From Thermoplasmata archaeon (GTDB lineage: Archaea; Thermoplasmatota; Thermoplasmata; Lutacidiplasmatales; UBA184): a stretch of DNA of 64,000 nucleotides. Below, one piece after another: positions 56,114 through 64,000 of the stretch. Position numbers and translations under genes: made by a program. The stretch covers positions 409,729 to 473,728 of the forward strand of contig JAKIWL010000002.1 of assembly GCA_022750055.1 (NCBI GenBank), written 5' to 3'. Each line of letters begins with the position of its first letter. Within the stretch, counting starts at the first letter, position 1. The notes under the pieces were generated by a model that ran no database searches, had not been told where the DNA came from, and saw only the letters and a list, made by a program, of their open reading frames with translations.

Positions 56114-57091
56114 CTATCCTTCACGGGCGCTAGCCCGGATGGCATGGGCGATCCGTTCGGCGTTGGGGAGGTAGAGGTTCTCCAAGGCATAGGGGAACGG
56201 TGTATCATACCCCGTCACCCGGCGGACCGGCGACTTGAGCGAATAGAGCGCCTTCTCGGCGAGCAGGGCCGCGACCTCGGCGCCGAATCCGACGAAGCGA
56301 GGGGCTTCGTGCACGATGACGGCGCGGCCGGTCTTCTCCACCGACTTGAGGATCGCCGCTTCATCCAGCGGCACGAGGCTGCGCAGGTCGATGACCTCCG
56401 CCGACAACCCCTCCGCCTGGACCGCCTTTGCCGCCTCGACGACGGGTGGGATCATCGCGCCGTAGGCGAAGACCGAAACGTCGCTCCCAGGTCGGACGAT
56501 CGACGCGCTGCCGAGGGGCACCCGATGATCCCCGTCTGGCACCTCCCCGGTCACGGCCCGGTAGATCCGCTTGGGCTCGAGGAAGATGACCGGGTCGGGG
56601 TCGAAGATGGCCGAGGTGAGGAGGCCCTTGGCGTCGGCCGGGTTCGACGGGATGACGACCTTCAAACCCGCGGTGTGCGCGAAGTACGCTTCGGCGCTTT
56701 GGGAGTGGTACAGGCCGCCCTTGATGCCCCCGCCGTACGGAGATCGGATCACGACGTGGCAGGGGTACTGGCCCCCCGATCGGTACCGGAACTTGGCGAG
56801 CTCGCTCACGATCTGGTCGAAGGCCGGGTAGATGAAATCGAGGAATTGGATCTCGGCGACCGGCTTCAACCCGTAGAGCGCCATGCCGATCGCGGCCCCG
56901 ACGATCCCGGTCTCCGAGAGCGGCGTGTCGACTACCCGCTCCGGACCGAACTCCTTGATGAGTCCCTCGGTCGCACGAAACACTCCGCCGTTCACTCCGA
57001 TGTCCTCGCCCAACAGGAGCACATCGGGGTCCGCGCGCATGGCGTCGAACAGCGCCCGATTGACCGCCTGGACAAGGGTGATCTCCGTCAC
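56114..57091 (-). CDS. pdhB: 2-oxoacid dehydrogenase E1 beta subunit
   Basis: GEDIG.NGGVFRAT, DTPLSE, EIQF, HSQS, DLRSL.PLD; GTGA overlap with E1 alpha. Confidence 0.93.
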   Translation of the reverse strand: MTEITLVQAVNRALFDAMRADPDVLLLGEDIGVNGGVFRATEGLIKEFGPERVVDTPLSETGIVGAAIGMALYGLKPVAEIQFLDFIYPAFDQIVSELAKFRYRSGGQYPCHVVIRSPYGGGIKGGLYHSQSAEAYFAHTAGLKVVIPSNPADAKGLLTSAIFDPDPVIFLEPKRIYRAVTGEVPDGDHRVPLGSASIVRPGSDVSVFAYGAMIPPVVEAAKAVQAEGLSAEVIDLRSLVPLDEAAILKSVEKTGRAVIVHEAPRFVGFGAEVAALLAEKALYSLKSPVRRVTGYDTPFPYALENLYLPNAERIAHAIRASAREG

Positions 57092-58170
57092 GGTTTGAGC
57101 ACCCCCTCTGTGAGGAACTTCGAGAACTCGGCTCGCTCCTCGTCCAGCCGGGGGGTCGGCCGCTCGAAGACGTCGTCGAAGAGGGTGGAAGGATCGATCG
57201 GGGCCGTGCCTTCGGCCTCCTTCAGGGCCATCGCGATCTCGGCGCGAAGCGATTCGAGCAGCTTCGCCTCGGACTCCTCCGTGAGGCCCCCCGAGGTGAG
57301 GAGTTCCTGACGAACCCGGCCAACGGAATCCCTCGCCTTCCACTCGGCTAGCTCGGCATCGGTACGGTACCGTTTGGGGTCGTCCGAGGTCGAATGGGGT
57401 CCGAGACGGTAGACCTGAGCTTCGATCAGCGTGGGGCCGCCTCCCGCGATCGCCTTCCGACGAGCGTCTCGGACGGCCCGGTAGACCGCATGGACATCCT
57501 CTCCGTCGACGACCACCCCCTCGATGCCATAGGCCGAGGCCTTCATGGCGAGGGTCTTGCTGCGGGTCTGGCGCTCGCGAGGCATCGAGATCGCCCACTG
57601 ATTGTTCTGGCAGAAGAAGATCGTCGGGGCCTGGAATACACCGGCGAAATTGAGTCCGGAATGGAAATCGTTCGAGCTCGTGGTGCCATCCCCGAAGAAC
57701 GTGACCGTGACGATCCGTTCCTTCTTCCGCTGGGCCGCCATGGCAGCGCCGACGGCGTGGATGATCTGCGTACCGACGGGGCTCGAGGCGGTGACGAACC
57801 GGTACTCCCGAGCTCCGTAATGGTTCGGCATCTGGCGCCCCTTCAGGACATCGCCAGCGTTTCCGATGAATTGGTCGAAGAGGGAGACTAGCGGGAGCCC
57901 CCGGACCAGGGCGACGGCAAGCTCCCGGTAGGCGGGGAAAAGCCAGTCCGATGGATCGAGGGCCCACGCACAGGCGACCTGGGCGCCTTCCTGACCCTGG
58001 AGCGGAACGTAGAACCCGATCCTCCCCTGCCGCTGGAGCGAGAGGCAGCGCTCGTCCATCAGCCGAGCTAGGAGCATCGCTCGGTACACTTTCGGGAGAT
58101 CCTCGGGTGGGATTCCCCCGGCATCGGACGGAGGGGAACCCGGTTTGGGCAGCTCGACCGCTTGCGACAT
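57088..58170 (-). CDS. pdhA: 2-oxoacid dehydrogenase E1 alpha subunit
   Basis: LQRQGRIGFY, GRQMPNHY, FGDGTTS...NNQWAIS, PHSTSDDP; substrate (pyruvate vs branched-chain) not resolved. Confidence 0.9.
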   Translation of the reverse strand: MSQAVELPKPGSPPSDAGGIPPEDLPKVYRAMLLARLMDERCLSLQRQGRIGFYVPLQGQEGAQVACAWALDPSDWLFPAYRELAVALVRGLPLVSLFDQFIGNAGDVLKGRQMPNHYGAREYRFVTASSPVGTQIIHAVGAAMAAQRKKERIVTVTFFGDGTTSSNDFHSGLNFAGVFQAPTIFFCQNNQWAISMPRERQTRSKTLAMKASAYGIEGVVVDGEDVHAVYRAVRDARRKAIAGGGPTLIEAQVYRLGPHSTSDDPKRYRTDAELAEWKARDSVGRVRQELLTSGGLTEESEAKLLESLRAEIAMALKEAEGTAPIDPSTLFDDVFERPTPRLDEERAEFSKFLTEGVLKP

Positions 58171-58421
58171 CGACCCTCCCCGACGCGCCGAGCGGGGGTG
58201 CTGATATAAAGTTGGAGGACGGCTGCGCTCGGCGGGCCGGCTCCCGAGGAAACCCCGGCCACGGGGGAGTCCCCGGCCGCTTCGTGACCGCACCGTTTCC
58301 GACCTCCTGCCAAGCATGATACGGAGTGACCGATTCGTTCGGGCGTGCCGCTGTTTGGGACCCATCCTAGAGTCCGACTCCTTGGGTTCCCGGGAACCGG
58401 AAACAGGGGGACGGCCCGTCC

Positions 58422-59399
58422 GTGAACGAAGCCGCCATTGAAGCGCACGGAATAGGGCGTGTCTTCGAGTCCCGCAAGGGGTTCCTAATGCAGGAACGGG
58501 TCCGGACCGTCGCCCTCGACGGAGTCGAGCTCTCCGTCCGACCCGGTGAGCTCTTCGGACTGCTGGGTCCGAATGGAGCCGGGAAGACCACCCTCACGAA
58601 GATCCTCTCCACGCTCCTCCTTCCTACGCGAGGCCAGGCGAAGGTCCTCGGGGTGGACGTCGCGCGCAACCCCGAATTGGTACGCCCCCGGATCGGCCTC
58701 GTACTGGGCGGGGAGCGGGGGCTGTACAATCGCGTCAGCGCCCGGGAGAATCTACGGTACTTCGCGGACCTCTTCGGTATCCCGGTCGAGCGTCGGGAAC
58801 CCCGTATCGTCGAGGTCCTAGCGCGGGTGGGCCTAACCGACTCGGCGGACCGGCGCGTGGAGGAATTTTCGCGCGGCATGAAGCAGAAGCTCCACCTCGC
58901 GCGAGGGATCCTCCACTGGCCCCAGGTCCTGTTCCTCGACGAACCTACGATCGGCCTCGACCCGAGGAGCGCCCGGGAGACGCGCAAGCTGGTTCGCGGC
59001 CTCGTCTCGGATGGCGTTACGATCTTCCTCACCACCCACTATATGTTCGAGGCCGAGGAGCTCTGCCACCGTATCGCGGTGCTCGGGCACGGCAAGATCA
59101 TCGCGACCGATACGGTCGCGGCACTCCGGCAGCTGGTCGGGGGCGACCGTACCTTCGAGGTCGAGGGCTACGGGTTCGAGGATGCGGAGCTCGCTCAACT
59201 TCGCCGCTTGCCCGGAGTATCGAAGATCGTCTCGGAGGAGTTCGGCCCGCGGCTCCGGCTGACCCTGCGGGTCCGCACCCGCGAGATCGTCCCTGAGGAC
59301 ATCCGCGGGGTCCTGCTCAATCACGCCGAGCTCTCCGTCCGAGAGCGCGGCACGAGCCTGGAAGACGTCTACCTCGACCTAGTCGAGGAGGGAACGTAG
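58422..59399 (+). CDS. ABC transporter ATP-binding protein (DrrA-like)
   Basis: GPNGAGKTT, FSRGMKQK, LFLDEPT, TTH. Confidence 0.93.
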   Translation: MNEAAIEAHGIGRVFESRKGFLMQERVRTVALDGVELSVRPGELFGLLGPNGAGKTTLTKILSTLLLPTRGQAKVLGVDVARNPELVRPRIGLVLGGERGLYNRVSARENLRYFADLFGIPVERREPRIVEVLARVGLTDSADRRVEEFSRGMKQKLHLARGILHWPQVLFLDEPTIGLDPRSARETRKLVRGLVSDGVTIFLTTHYMFEAEELCHRIAVLGHGKIIATDTVAALRQLVGGDRTFEVEGYGFEDAELAQLRRLPGVSKIVSEEFGPRLRLTLRVRTREIVPEDIRGVLLNHAELSVRERGTSLEDVYLDLVEEGT

Positions 59400-60200
59400 A
59401 TGATCGAGCTGTCGGTCTCACGCGCCCGGTCGACCCTGGCGTCCTTGCGCCTCGCGGTCCTCATGTTCCTGGCCGACCCCCAATGGCTCATCCCCTCCAT
59501 GATCGCCCCGGTGATCTTCGGGCTCGTCGCGTTCGAGATCTTTCGAGGGTCCGGACCCTACTTCGTGGTCTACGCGATTCTCGGGGCTGGGATGATGAGC
59601 ATGTGGGGCCAGACGCTGTACGGGAGCGGGTGGGCGACCGGCCAGGACCGCGAGTTCGGCACGCTCGAGCCGACCCTCCAGGCCCCCACGCCGTACCTCT
59701 ACGTCGTTCTCGGGCGCGTCATCTGGAACGTCCTCTCGGGATTGATCGGGGGGCTGATCGTCTATCTCGTCGTGATCCTCGCGTACGGCCGGCCGCCCCC
59801 CCTCGTCGACCCGTGGGCGTTCGCCGGCTTGTTCGTGTTCGTGGTCCTGACGTTGGCGGCCGTCGGCGTGGTCTTCGCCGCGTTCTACGTGTACACCCGC
59901 TACGCGGGTTTCATTCAGAACGTCGGGGAGTTCGCGTTCTACGTCGGCACGGGCTGCATGTTCCCTGTCGTCCTGCTTCCGTTTTGGACGAGCCCATTCT
60001 CCCTCTTCTTCCCCCCGACGTGGGCGCTCGACGCCCTCCGGTACCTCGCGATCCCCGGCTACGCCGGGTTCTCGTGGGGGTTCGGCATCGATCTTCTTGG
60101 CGCGGTCGGAACGACGGCGGTCTATCTGGCGGTCGCCGGGTCGGTCTTCCAGCAGGTCCAGCGCCATGTGCTCGAGTCGGGCGATCTGCAGGAGTACTAG
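59400..60200 (+). CDS. ABC-2 type permease
   Basis: DREFGTLE, FPV..LP.W, PPTWALDALR; six TMs. Confidence 0.88.
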   Translation: MIELSVSRARSTLASLRLAVLMFLADPQWLIPSMIAPVIFGLVAFEIFRGSGPYFVVYAILGAGMMSMWGQTLYGSGWATGQDREFGTLEPTLQAPTPYLYVVLGRVIWNVLSGLIGGLIVYLVVILAYGRPPPLVDPWAFAGLFVFVVLTLAAVGVVFAAFYVYTRYAGFIQNVGEFAFYVGTGCMFPVVLLPFWTSPFSLFFPPTWALDALRYLAIPGYAGFSWGFGIDLLGAVGTTAVYLAVAGSVFQQVQRHVLESGDLQEY

Positions 60201-61025
60201 TTGGCGCCCTTGGACCCGGTTCCGACCCTGCGTCCTTCGTTCTGGCGGAACCTGTGGGCGAACGCGGTCTTCTCGCCGAGGACGAGCCTCGGGTTCATGC
60301 GGCTCGACTTCGTTCTCGGCACGATCTTCATCATCCCGTTCACGCAGATGCTCTTCTTCGCCTTCACCGTTCAGCTCGGCGGCGGGTCGGCCGCCGCGAT
60401 CCAGTTCGTCGTGGTCGGCAACGCGGTGGCGACCGTGACCTACTCGAGCGTCTTCTCCGTCTGCCAGACCACGGACAGCGAAAAGAACCAGGGAACGATG
60501 GAGCACCTGCTCGTCTCGCCGGCGAACCGGCTCGCCTTGTACCTCGGCCGAGGCCTGATCCCTATCGGCGTCTCGCTCGCGACGGTGACGGTCGCCCTCA
60601 CGTACGCGGCGGTCGTCTTTCACGTCCCGATCGCGGCCGCGGACGATCCGGCCCTGGCGGTCTCGATCGTCCTGACCGCCTTCGCCATGGTCGGATTCGG
60701 CCTCGTGCTCGGTGGGGTCGCGCTCTACTTGCGAACGTCGATCATCCTCGGCAACATCTTCCTGTTCATCGGGCTCCTGTTCTCAGGTGCGAACTTTCCC
60801 CTCACCGACCTGCCGGCTCCGCTCCAAGCGGTCGGGTACGGGCTCCCGCTGACGTGGGGTCTCGCTGCGATCCGAGCGGCTCTCTCCGGCGCCTCGCTCG
60901 GCTCACTCCTGCGCCTGTGGGGGATCCTCGGATTCGCGATCGCGATCAGCCTCCTCCTCGCGATGGCGCTGTGGGACTACTTCGAGCGGCGGGCGCTGTC
61001 CACCGGTAGCATCGCCCGGTTCTGA
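60201..61025 (+). CDS. ABC-2 type permease
   Basis: EKNQGTMEHLLVSP, GANFPL..LP, PLTWG. Confidence 0.88.
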   Translation: MAPLDPVPTLRPSFWRNLWANAVFSPRTSLGFMRLDFVLGTIFIIPFTQMLFFAFTVQLGGGSAAAIQFVVVGNAVATVTYSSVFSVCQTTDSEKNQGTMEHLLVSPANRLALYLGRGLIPIGVSLATVTVALTYAAVVFHVPIAAADDPALAVSIVLTAFAMVGFGLVLGGVALYLRTSIILGNIFLFIGLLFSGANFPLTDLPAPLQAVGYGLPLTWGLAAIRAALSGASLGSLLRLWGILGFAIAISLLLAMALWDYFERRALSTGSIARF

Positions 61026-61046
61026 CCCGGTCCAGCGGGGTCCGGC

Positions 61047-63086
61047 TCACCAGATCGAGACCCGGAGGTTCTCGTCCTGACGCATCGGAGAACCCGGAGG
61101 GATATCGAATGCCTCCCAGAACTCCGGCAGGTTGGCGAGGATCCCGTTGACCCGGTACCGGCCGGGGCTATGCGGGTCGATCGTGAGGCGGCGCCTCAGC
61201 TCCTCCTCCCGGATGTTGATTCGCCAGATCTGCCCGTAAGAGAGGAAGAACCGCTGGCGGGGCGTGAAGCCATCGATCGGACGGTCCGATGTTCGACCCT
61301 CGGCGAGGCGCCGCTCCAGGGCCTCGAAGGCGAGGCTGACCCCACCCAGGTCGGCGATGTTCTCCCCCATCGTCAGCGCTCCGTTCAGCGGGAGGCCGGG
61401 CAGCGGTTCGAAGCGGCTGAACTGTTCGACGATCCGTTGGGCACGGGTCTGGAACTCCTCCGCGTCCTGGGGGGTCCACCAATCGTTCAGATTCCCTTCC
61501 GCGTCGTACTTCCGCCCCTGATCGTCGTACCCGTGCGTGATCTCGTGCCCGATGACCACGGCGATGCCCCCGAAGTTCACGGCGTCGTCCATCGACGGGT
61601 CGAAGAACGGCGGCTGCAGGATCCCGGCCGGAAAGAGGATCTCATTGAGCGTGGGCTCGAACTGAGCGTTGACCGTCGGGGGAGTCATGTGCCACTCGGT
61701 GCGGTCAATGGGACCCCCGATCCGATCGACCCAGCGACGGATCTCGTAGGCGCGAGCACGTCGGACGTTTCCGAGATGGTCGCGCCGGGCCACTCGAACC
61801 TTCGAGTAGTTCCGGTACCGCTTGGGGTGGCCGATCTTGACCGTGAAGCGATCGAACTTCGCGAGCGCGCGGGTTCGGGTTTCCTGGGTCATCCACGGGA
61901 CCCGTTCGAGCCGATCGTGAACCACGGCCCGCACATCGTCGACCAGCTCGGCAACCCGGTCCCGTGTCGCGGGAGGAAAGAACCGTTCCACGTACAGCCG
62001 GCCCAGCGCCTCGCCGAGCGAACGGTCGATGAGGTTCGCCGCGCGCTTCCAGCCCGGTTCCGGCTCCTGCTGACCGAGCAGACGCTTGTGGAAGAAATCG
62101 AAATCCTCCGCCTCCAGCACCGGATCGAGGTGAGGGGCGCTATCGTGGACCAGGTGCCAACGTAGGTAACTTCTCCAATCCTCTACGGGGGTCGTTCGGA
62201 GCAATGCGTTGAGGGAGTCGAACACCTCGGGCTGACCGACCACGACGTAGGACGCCTTCCGGGCCCCTCGGAGCCGGAGATACTCCTCCCACCGGATCCG
62301 AGGCTGACGACGTGCGAGCGAGCTAACCGAGAATCGGTTATAGTTCCGTTCGGCGTCGCGGAGGTCGACTCGAGCTCGACTCGCCTTCGCGATCGCCGTC
62401 TCGACCTTCAGGACCCCCCGAGCCGACTTGGAGGCACGGGTCGGTTGCTCCCCGGTGAGGGTGAGGGCCTTCTCGACGTGCCGAAGATATGCGCTGCGCG
62501 TCCCCGAAAAACCATCGAGGAGGTAATAGTCCCGGTCGGGGAGCGACAACCCCCCTTGGACGAAGTAGAGCGCATAGACCTCGCTGTTCTTCTCGTCCGG
62601 TGCGACGCCGCTGTGGAACAGGCAGTCGATCCCTCCGAGGTGAAACCGCGCGACGAGCTTGGGGATCGCGGCCGATGAAGTGAGCGCCTCGATCTCCGCA
62701 AGGTCAAGCTGGATCGGGCGGCAACCCAATCGGCCGCGTTCCCTCTCGTCCAGGGCCGCAGCGTAGAAGTCGCCCACCTTGCGGCGAGGACTCGCCGAGG
62801 AGCCGCGTCGGACCTGTCGGGCGTCCTCGAGAAGTGCGTGAAGGAGCCCATAGTTTCGCTCCATCAGCTCGTCAAATGCGCTCCACCGGGTCTTGTCGTT
62901 TGGAACCGGATGGGTATCGAGCCAGTGGCCCGTCGCGTATCGGTAGAAATCCTGGGTGAGGTTTCCCGTTCTGTCCAGGTAATTGACCGAGAACCTTGGG
63001 ATAGCGTCGGCTGGAGACGCCGGGTGGGGCGGAGAAGGGTCCCGGTTGGGTTCAACTTCGTGGGCATTTGGTCGGGCGCGCCTCAT
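61047..63086 (-). CDS. M13 family metalloendopeptidase (PepO/neprilysin-like)
   Basis: VNAQ, FPAGILQPPFF, GHEITHGYD, GENIAD, HSP..YRV; start uncertain. Confidence 0.93.
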   Translation of the reverse strand: MRRARPNAHEVEPNRDPSPPHPASPADAIPRFSVNYLDRTGNLTQDFYRYATGHWLDTHPVPNDKTRWSAFDELMERNYGLLHALLEDARQVRRGSSASPRRKVGDFYAAALDERERGRLGCRPIQLDLAEIEALTSSAAIPKLVARFHLGGIDCLFHSGVAPDEKNSEVYALYFVQGGLSLPDRDYYLLDGFSGTRSAYLRHVEKALTLTGEQPTRASKSARGVLKVETAIAKASRARVDLRDAERNYNRFSVSSLARRQPRIRWEEYLRLRGARKASYVVVGQPEVFDSLNALLRTTPVEDWRSYLRWHLVHDSAPHLDPVLEAEDFDFFHKRLLGQQEPEPGWKRAANLIDRSLGEALGRLYVERFFPPATRDRVAELVDDVRAVVHDRLERVPWMTQETRTRALAKFDRFTVKIGHPKRYRNYSKVRVARRDHLGNVRRARAYEIRRWVDRIGGPIDRTEWHMTPPTVNAQFEPTLNEILFPAGILQPPFFDPSMDDAVNFGGIAVVIGHEITHGYDDQGRKYDAEGNLNDWWTPQDAEEFQTRAQRIVEQFSRFEPLPGLPLNGALTMGENIADLGGVSLAFEALERRLAEGRTSDRPIDGFTPRQRFFLSYGQIWRINIREEELRRRLTIDPHSPGRYRVNGILANLPEFWEAFDIPPGSPMRQDENLRVSIW

Positions 63087-63225
63087 CGCATCATCCTGGA
63101 CCGGCTTCAACGGACGGGGCTTGATGAAGTCTGTGTCCGCCGCCGGCCGTTCGAATATACGACGGTGGCGCAGAGCGCATGGCTCCCTCCGAAAGACGTA
63201 TCTCTCCGACGCCATCCGCGAGCCG

Positions 63226-63300
63226 GGGCCCATAGCTTAGGCTGGCTGGAGCACCCGGCTGATAACCGGGAGGTCGTCGGTTCAAATCCGACTGGGCCCA
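63226..63300 (+). tRNA. tRNA-Ile(GAT)
   Basis: Acceptor GGGCCCA/TGGGCCC, anticodon arm CCCGG-CTGATAA-CCGGG, T arm GTCGG-TTCAAAT-CCGAC; no encoded CCA. Confidence 0.96.
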
Positions 63301-63420
63301 TAATCACTCTCTTATAGAACCCAGCCCAAAACGGGCTCCGGATCGACGGGGGCGCGCCCATCGCTTTGCCGCGATCCGGGCCAAGCCATCGCCCCTTGAA
63401 ACGGCGCCGGGGGTGGCCGT

Positions 63421-63636
63421 TTGACGCCCCAGTACGCGGAGATCACGTTCATTGTCGAACGGGATGGCCCCGTCTCCACTCCGCCCGTACCTCGCCTGGT
63501 CTGCGGGCGCTGCCGCTCGGACGCCCGACACAACCTGATCCTCCGCATCTCGTTCTGCCCGATCCACGGCTTCGCCGCCGGACTGGTAGAGGTTCAGCTC
63601 ACCGGGTACGCGCGCACACGGGGGCTCCCGGGGTGA
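63421..63636 (+). CDS. Small putative zinc-binding protein (CxxC...CxxH)
   Basis: VCGRCRS...FCPIHG; TTG start with GGGGTGG upstream. Confidence 0.45.
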   Translation: MTPQYAEITFIVERDGPVSTPPVPRLVCGRCRSDARHNLILRISFCPIHGFAAGLVEVQLTGYARTRGLPG

Positions 63637-63720
63637 GTCTCGTGCAGCGACCACCGCCTCCGTCAGTGAGGGCTCCTTCCGAGCCCGTTCCGGGCTCTCC
63701 CATCCTCTCTAACTCCCCCG

Positions 63721-63783
63721 AGTTCCGGGACATGAACTACGGTAGTTCCTGTACCGGAACTACCCCTGTTCCGGGCCCGGAAC
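63721..63783. repeat. Cluster of alternating GAAC/GTTC inverted repeats
   Basis: GAACTAC-G-GTAGTTC (63734-63748), GGTAGTTCC-N6-GGAACTACC (63741-63764), GTTCCGGGCCCGGAAC (63768-63783), AGTTCC at 63721. Confidence 0.7.
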
Positions 63784-64000
63784 TCCCTCCCCCTCCTACC
63801 TCCCAGCGCCACCTCTGGCTCTCGGACCGGACGTGGTTCGAGTTCCGGCGCGTCCAACGGATCATCTCCCAGCGGGGCCTCGTGGGCTCCTCCGGTCGGG
63901 GGAGGGGCCGAGGCAGGTCCGGGGGACGGCCTCCGATCGCTGACGCGACGCTTCTGGAGCTGCTGGAGGCCTACCGCTGGCGGCAGCGCGTGTGCGCGCG
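63732..64000 (+). CDS. Partial ORF, possible small DNA-binding protein (runs off window end)
   Basis: Open from ATG 63732: ...RHLWLSDRTWFEFRRVQRII...GGRPPIADATLLELLEAYRW. Confidence 0.45.
   Translation, partial: MNYGSSCTGTTPVPGPELPPPPTSQRHLWLSDRTWFEFRRVQRIISQRGLVGSSGRGRGRGRSGGRPPIADATLLELLEAYRWRQRVCA

Noticed and set aside
63800-64000. IS5-type transposase N-terminus (LSD..W...GGRP)
   Set aside because: Similarity is superficial, no terminal inverted repeat identified, and the ORF is truncated by the window

Overview
High-GC archaeal chromosomal segment, most consistent with a Thermoplasmata lineage (inference from thermopsin, archaeal-type TIM, deoxyhypusine synthase, PyrB/PyrI, wHTH-ATPase-TPR regulator, TATA-led leaderless genes, CCA-less tRNA). 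It begins in the 3' half of the RNase P RNA gene and carries pyrBI, dhs, tldD/pmbA, ilvE, a vapBC module, an alpha-glucan cluster (GT4, GH57, two GH15), tpiA, a split 2-oxoacid dehydrogenase locus with two E1-alpha genes, an ABC-2 exporter, an M13 peptidase, four large secreted surface proteins and tRNA-Ile(GAT), followed by what looks like the edge of an integrated element. The most interesting candidate is at 7.7-11.7 kb: a STAND-type (wHTH-ATPase-TPR) regulator flanked by an unannotated 14-codon peptide gene (MYLPIVPPLPRDQL; strong Shine-Dalgarno, palindromic TATA region, downstream hairpin) resembling the regulator's own linker, and by a divergent operon of microproteins, two sharing CPxCxKxHxxRLVR, behind a perfect 16-bp palindrome. 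A dif-like Xer site and a duplicated vapB-type operator sit at 21.8-23.0 kb. All calls come from visual motif recognition; no searches were run, and start codons were often re-chosen by eye.
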